This document shows positions 63,986 to 64,000 of a stretch of DNA of 64,000 bases, in pieces. This DNA comes from a virus, in IMG/VR virus record IMGVR_UViG_3300046791_000587, positions 7,108-71,107 of that record. One strand, 5' to 3'. The notes beneath the pieces are model-generated. The model saw only the letters and a program-made list of their open reading frames with translations, made no database searches and had not been told where the DNA came from. The stretch's first letter is position 1. Each line of letters opens with the position of its first letter. A program made the position numbers and the translations under genes.

Positions 63986-64000
63986 CCGGACGGTGGCCGC

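Noticed and set aside
1-64000. Hundreds of long antisense and alternate-frame ORFs in the supplied track
   Set aside because: Expected in high-GC DNA; they are Arg/Pro/Gly-rich, lack RBS or coupling, and shadow better-supported genes. Only 7201-8181 was kept because it carries family motifs.
1-64000. CRISPR array, tRNA or rRNA genes
   Set aside because: No regularly spaced repeat-spacer series and no cloverleaf found by eye in intergenic gaps; tRNAscan would be needed to exclude tRNAs fully.
1-64000. Calling the window an integrated prophage with att sites
   Set aside because: No host genes or flanking direct repeats are visible; the boundaries lie outside the window or the element is extrachromosomal.

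Overview
High-GC (roughly two-thirds G+C) window of densely packed, often translationally coupled genes. It looks like part of a large temperate or plasmid-like bacterial virus genome, not a chromosome. I see no rRNA, tRNA, CRISPR array or core housekeeping operon, and no HK97 capsid, portal, terminase or tail genes. Instead there are a candidate ~191-aa single-jelly-roll-type capsid protein, a second beta-rich capsid/vertex candidate, an Arg-rich membrane/core protein with a distant paralog, about ten small C-terminally membrane-anchored proteins sharing an N-terminal leader ending in [M/V/L/I]-G-D, and two membrane-anchored peptidoglycan hydrolases (SLT-like and M23). Together these suggest a tailless, internal-membrane virus. 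Maintenance functions are a ParB-like protein with dispersed TTCCA-S-TGGAAA palindromes (parS candidates), a replication initiator with an internal DnaA-box/iteron origin, a tyrosine recombinase and a perfect 11-6-11 palindrome. Accessory genes include a dual-frame C5 DNA methyltransferase, a Dam-like MTase, a DGQHR-AAA+-PAPS-reductase cluster, Gp37/Gp68- and GP88-like proteins, a beta-clamp-like protein, two J-domain proteins, a kinase, a phosphatase, an ART-like protein, a glycosyltransferase, an orphan double-glycine RiPP-like precursor, and a four-member beta-sandwich family, one member carrying an inserted DUF3494 ice-binding domain. A Myxococcota host is a weak inference. All family assignments come from motif recognition by eye; no searches were run.
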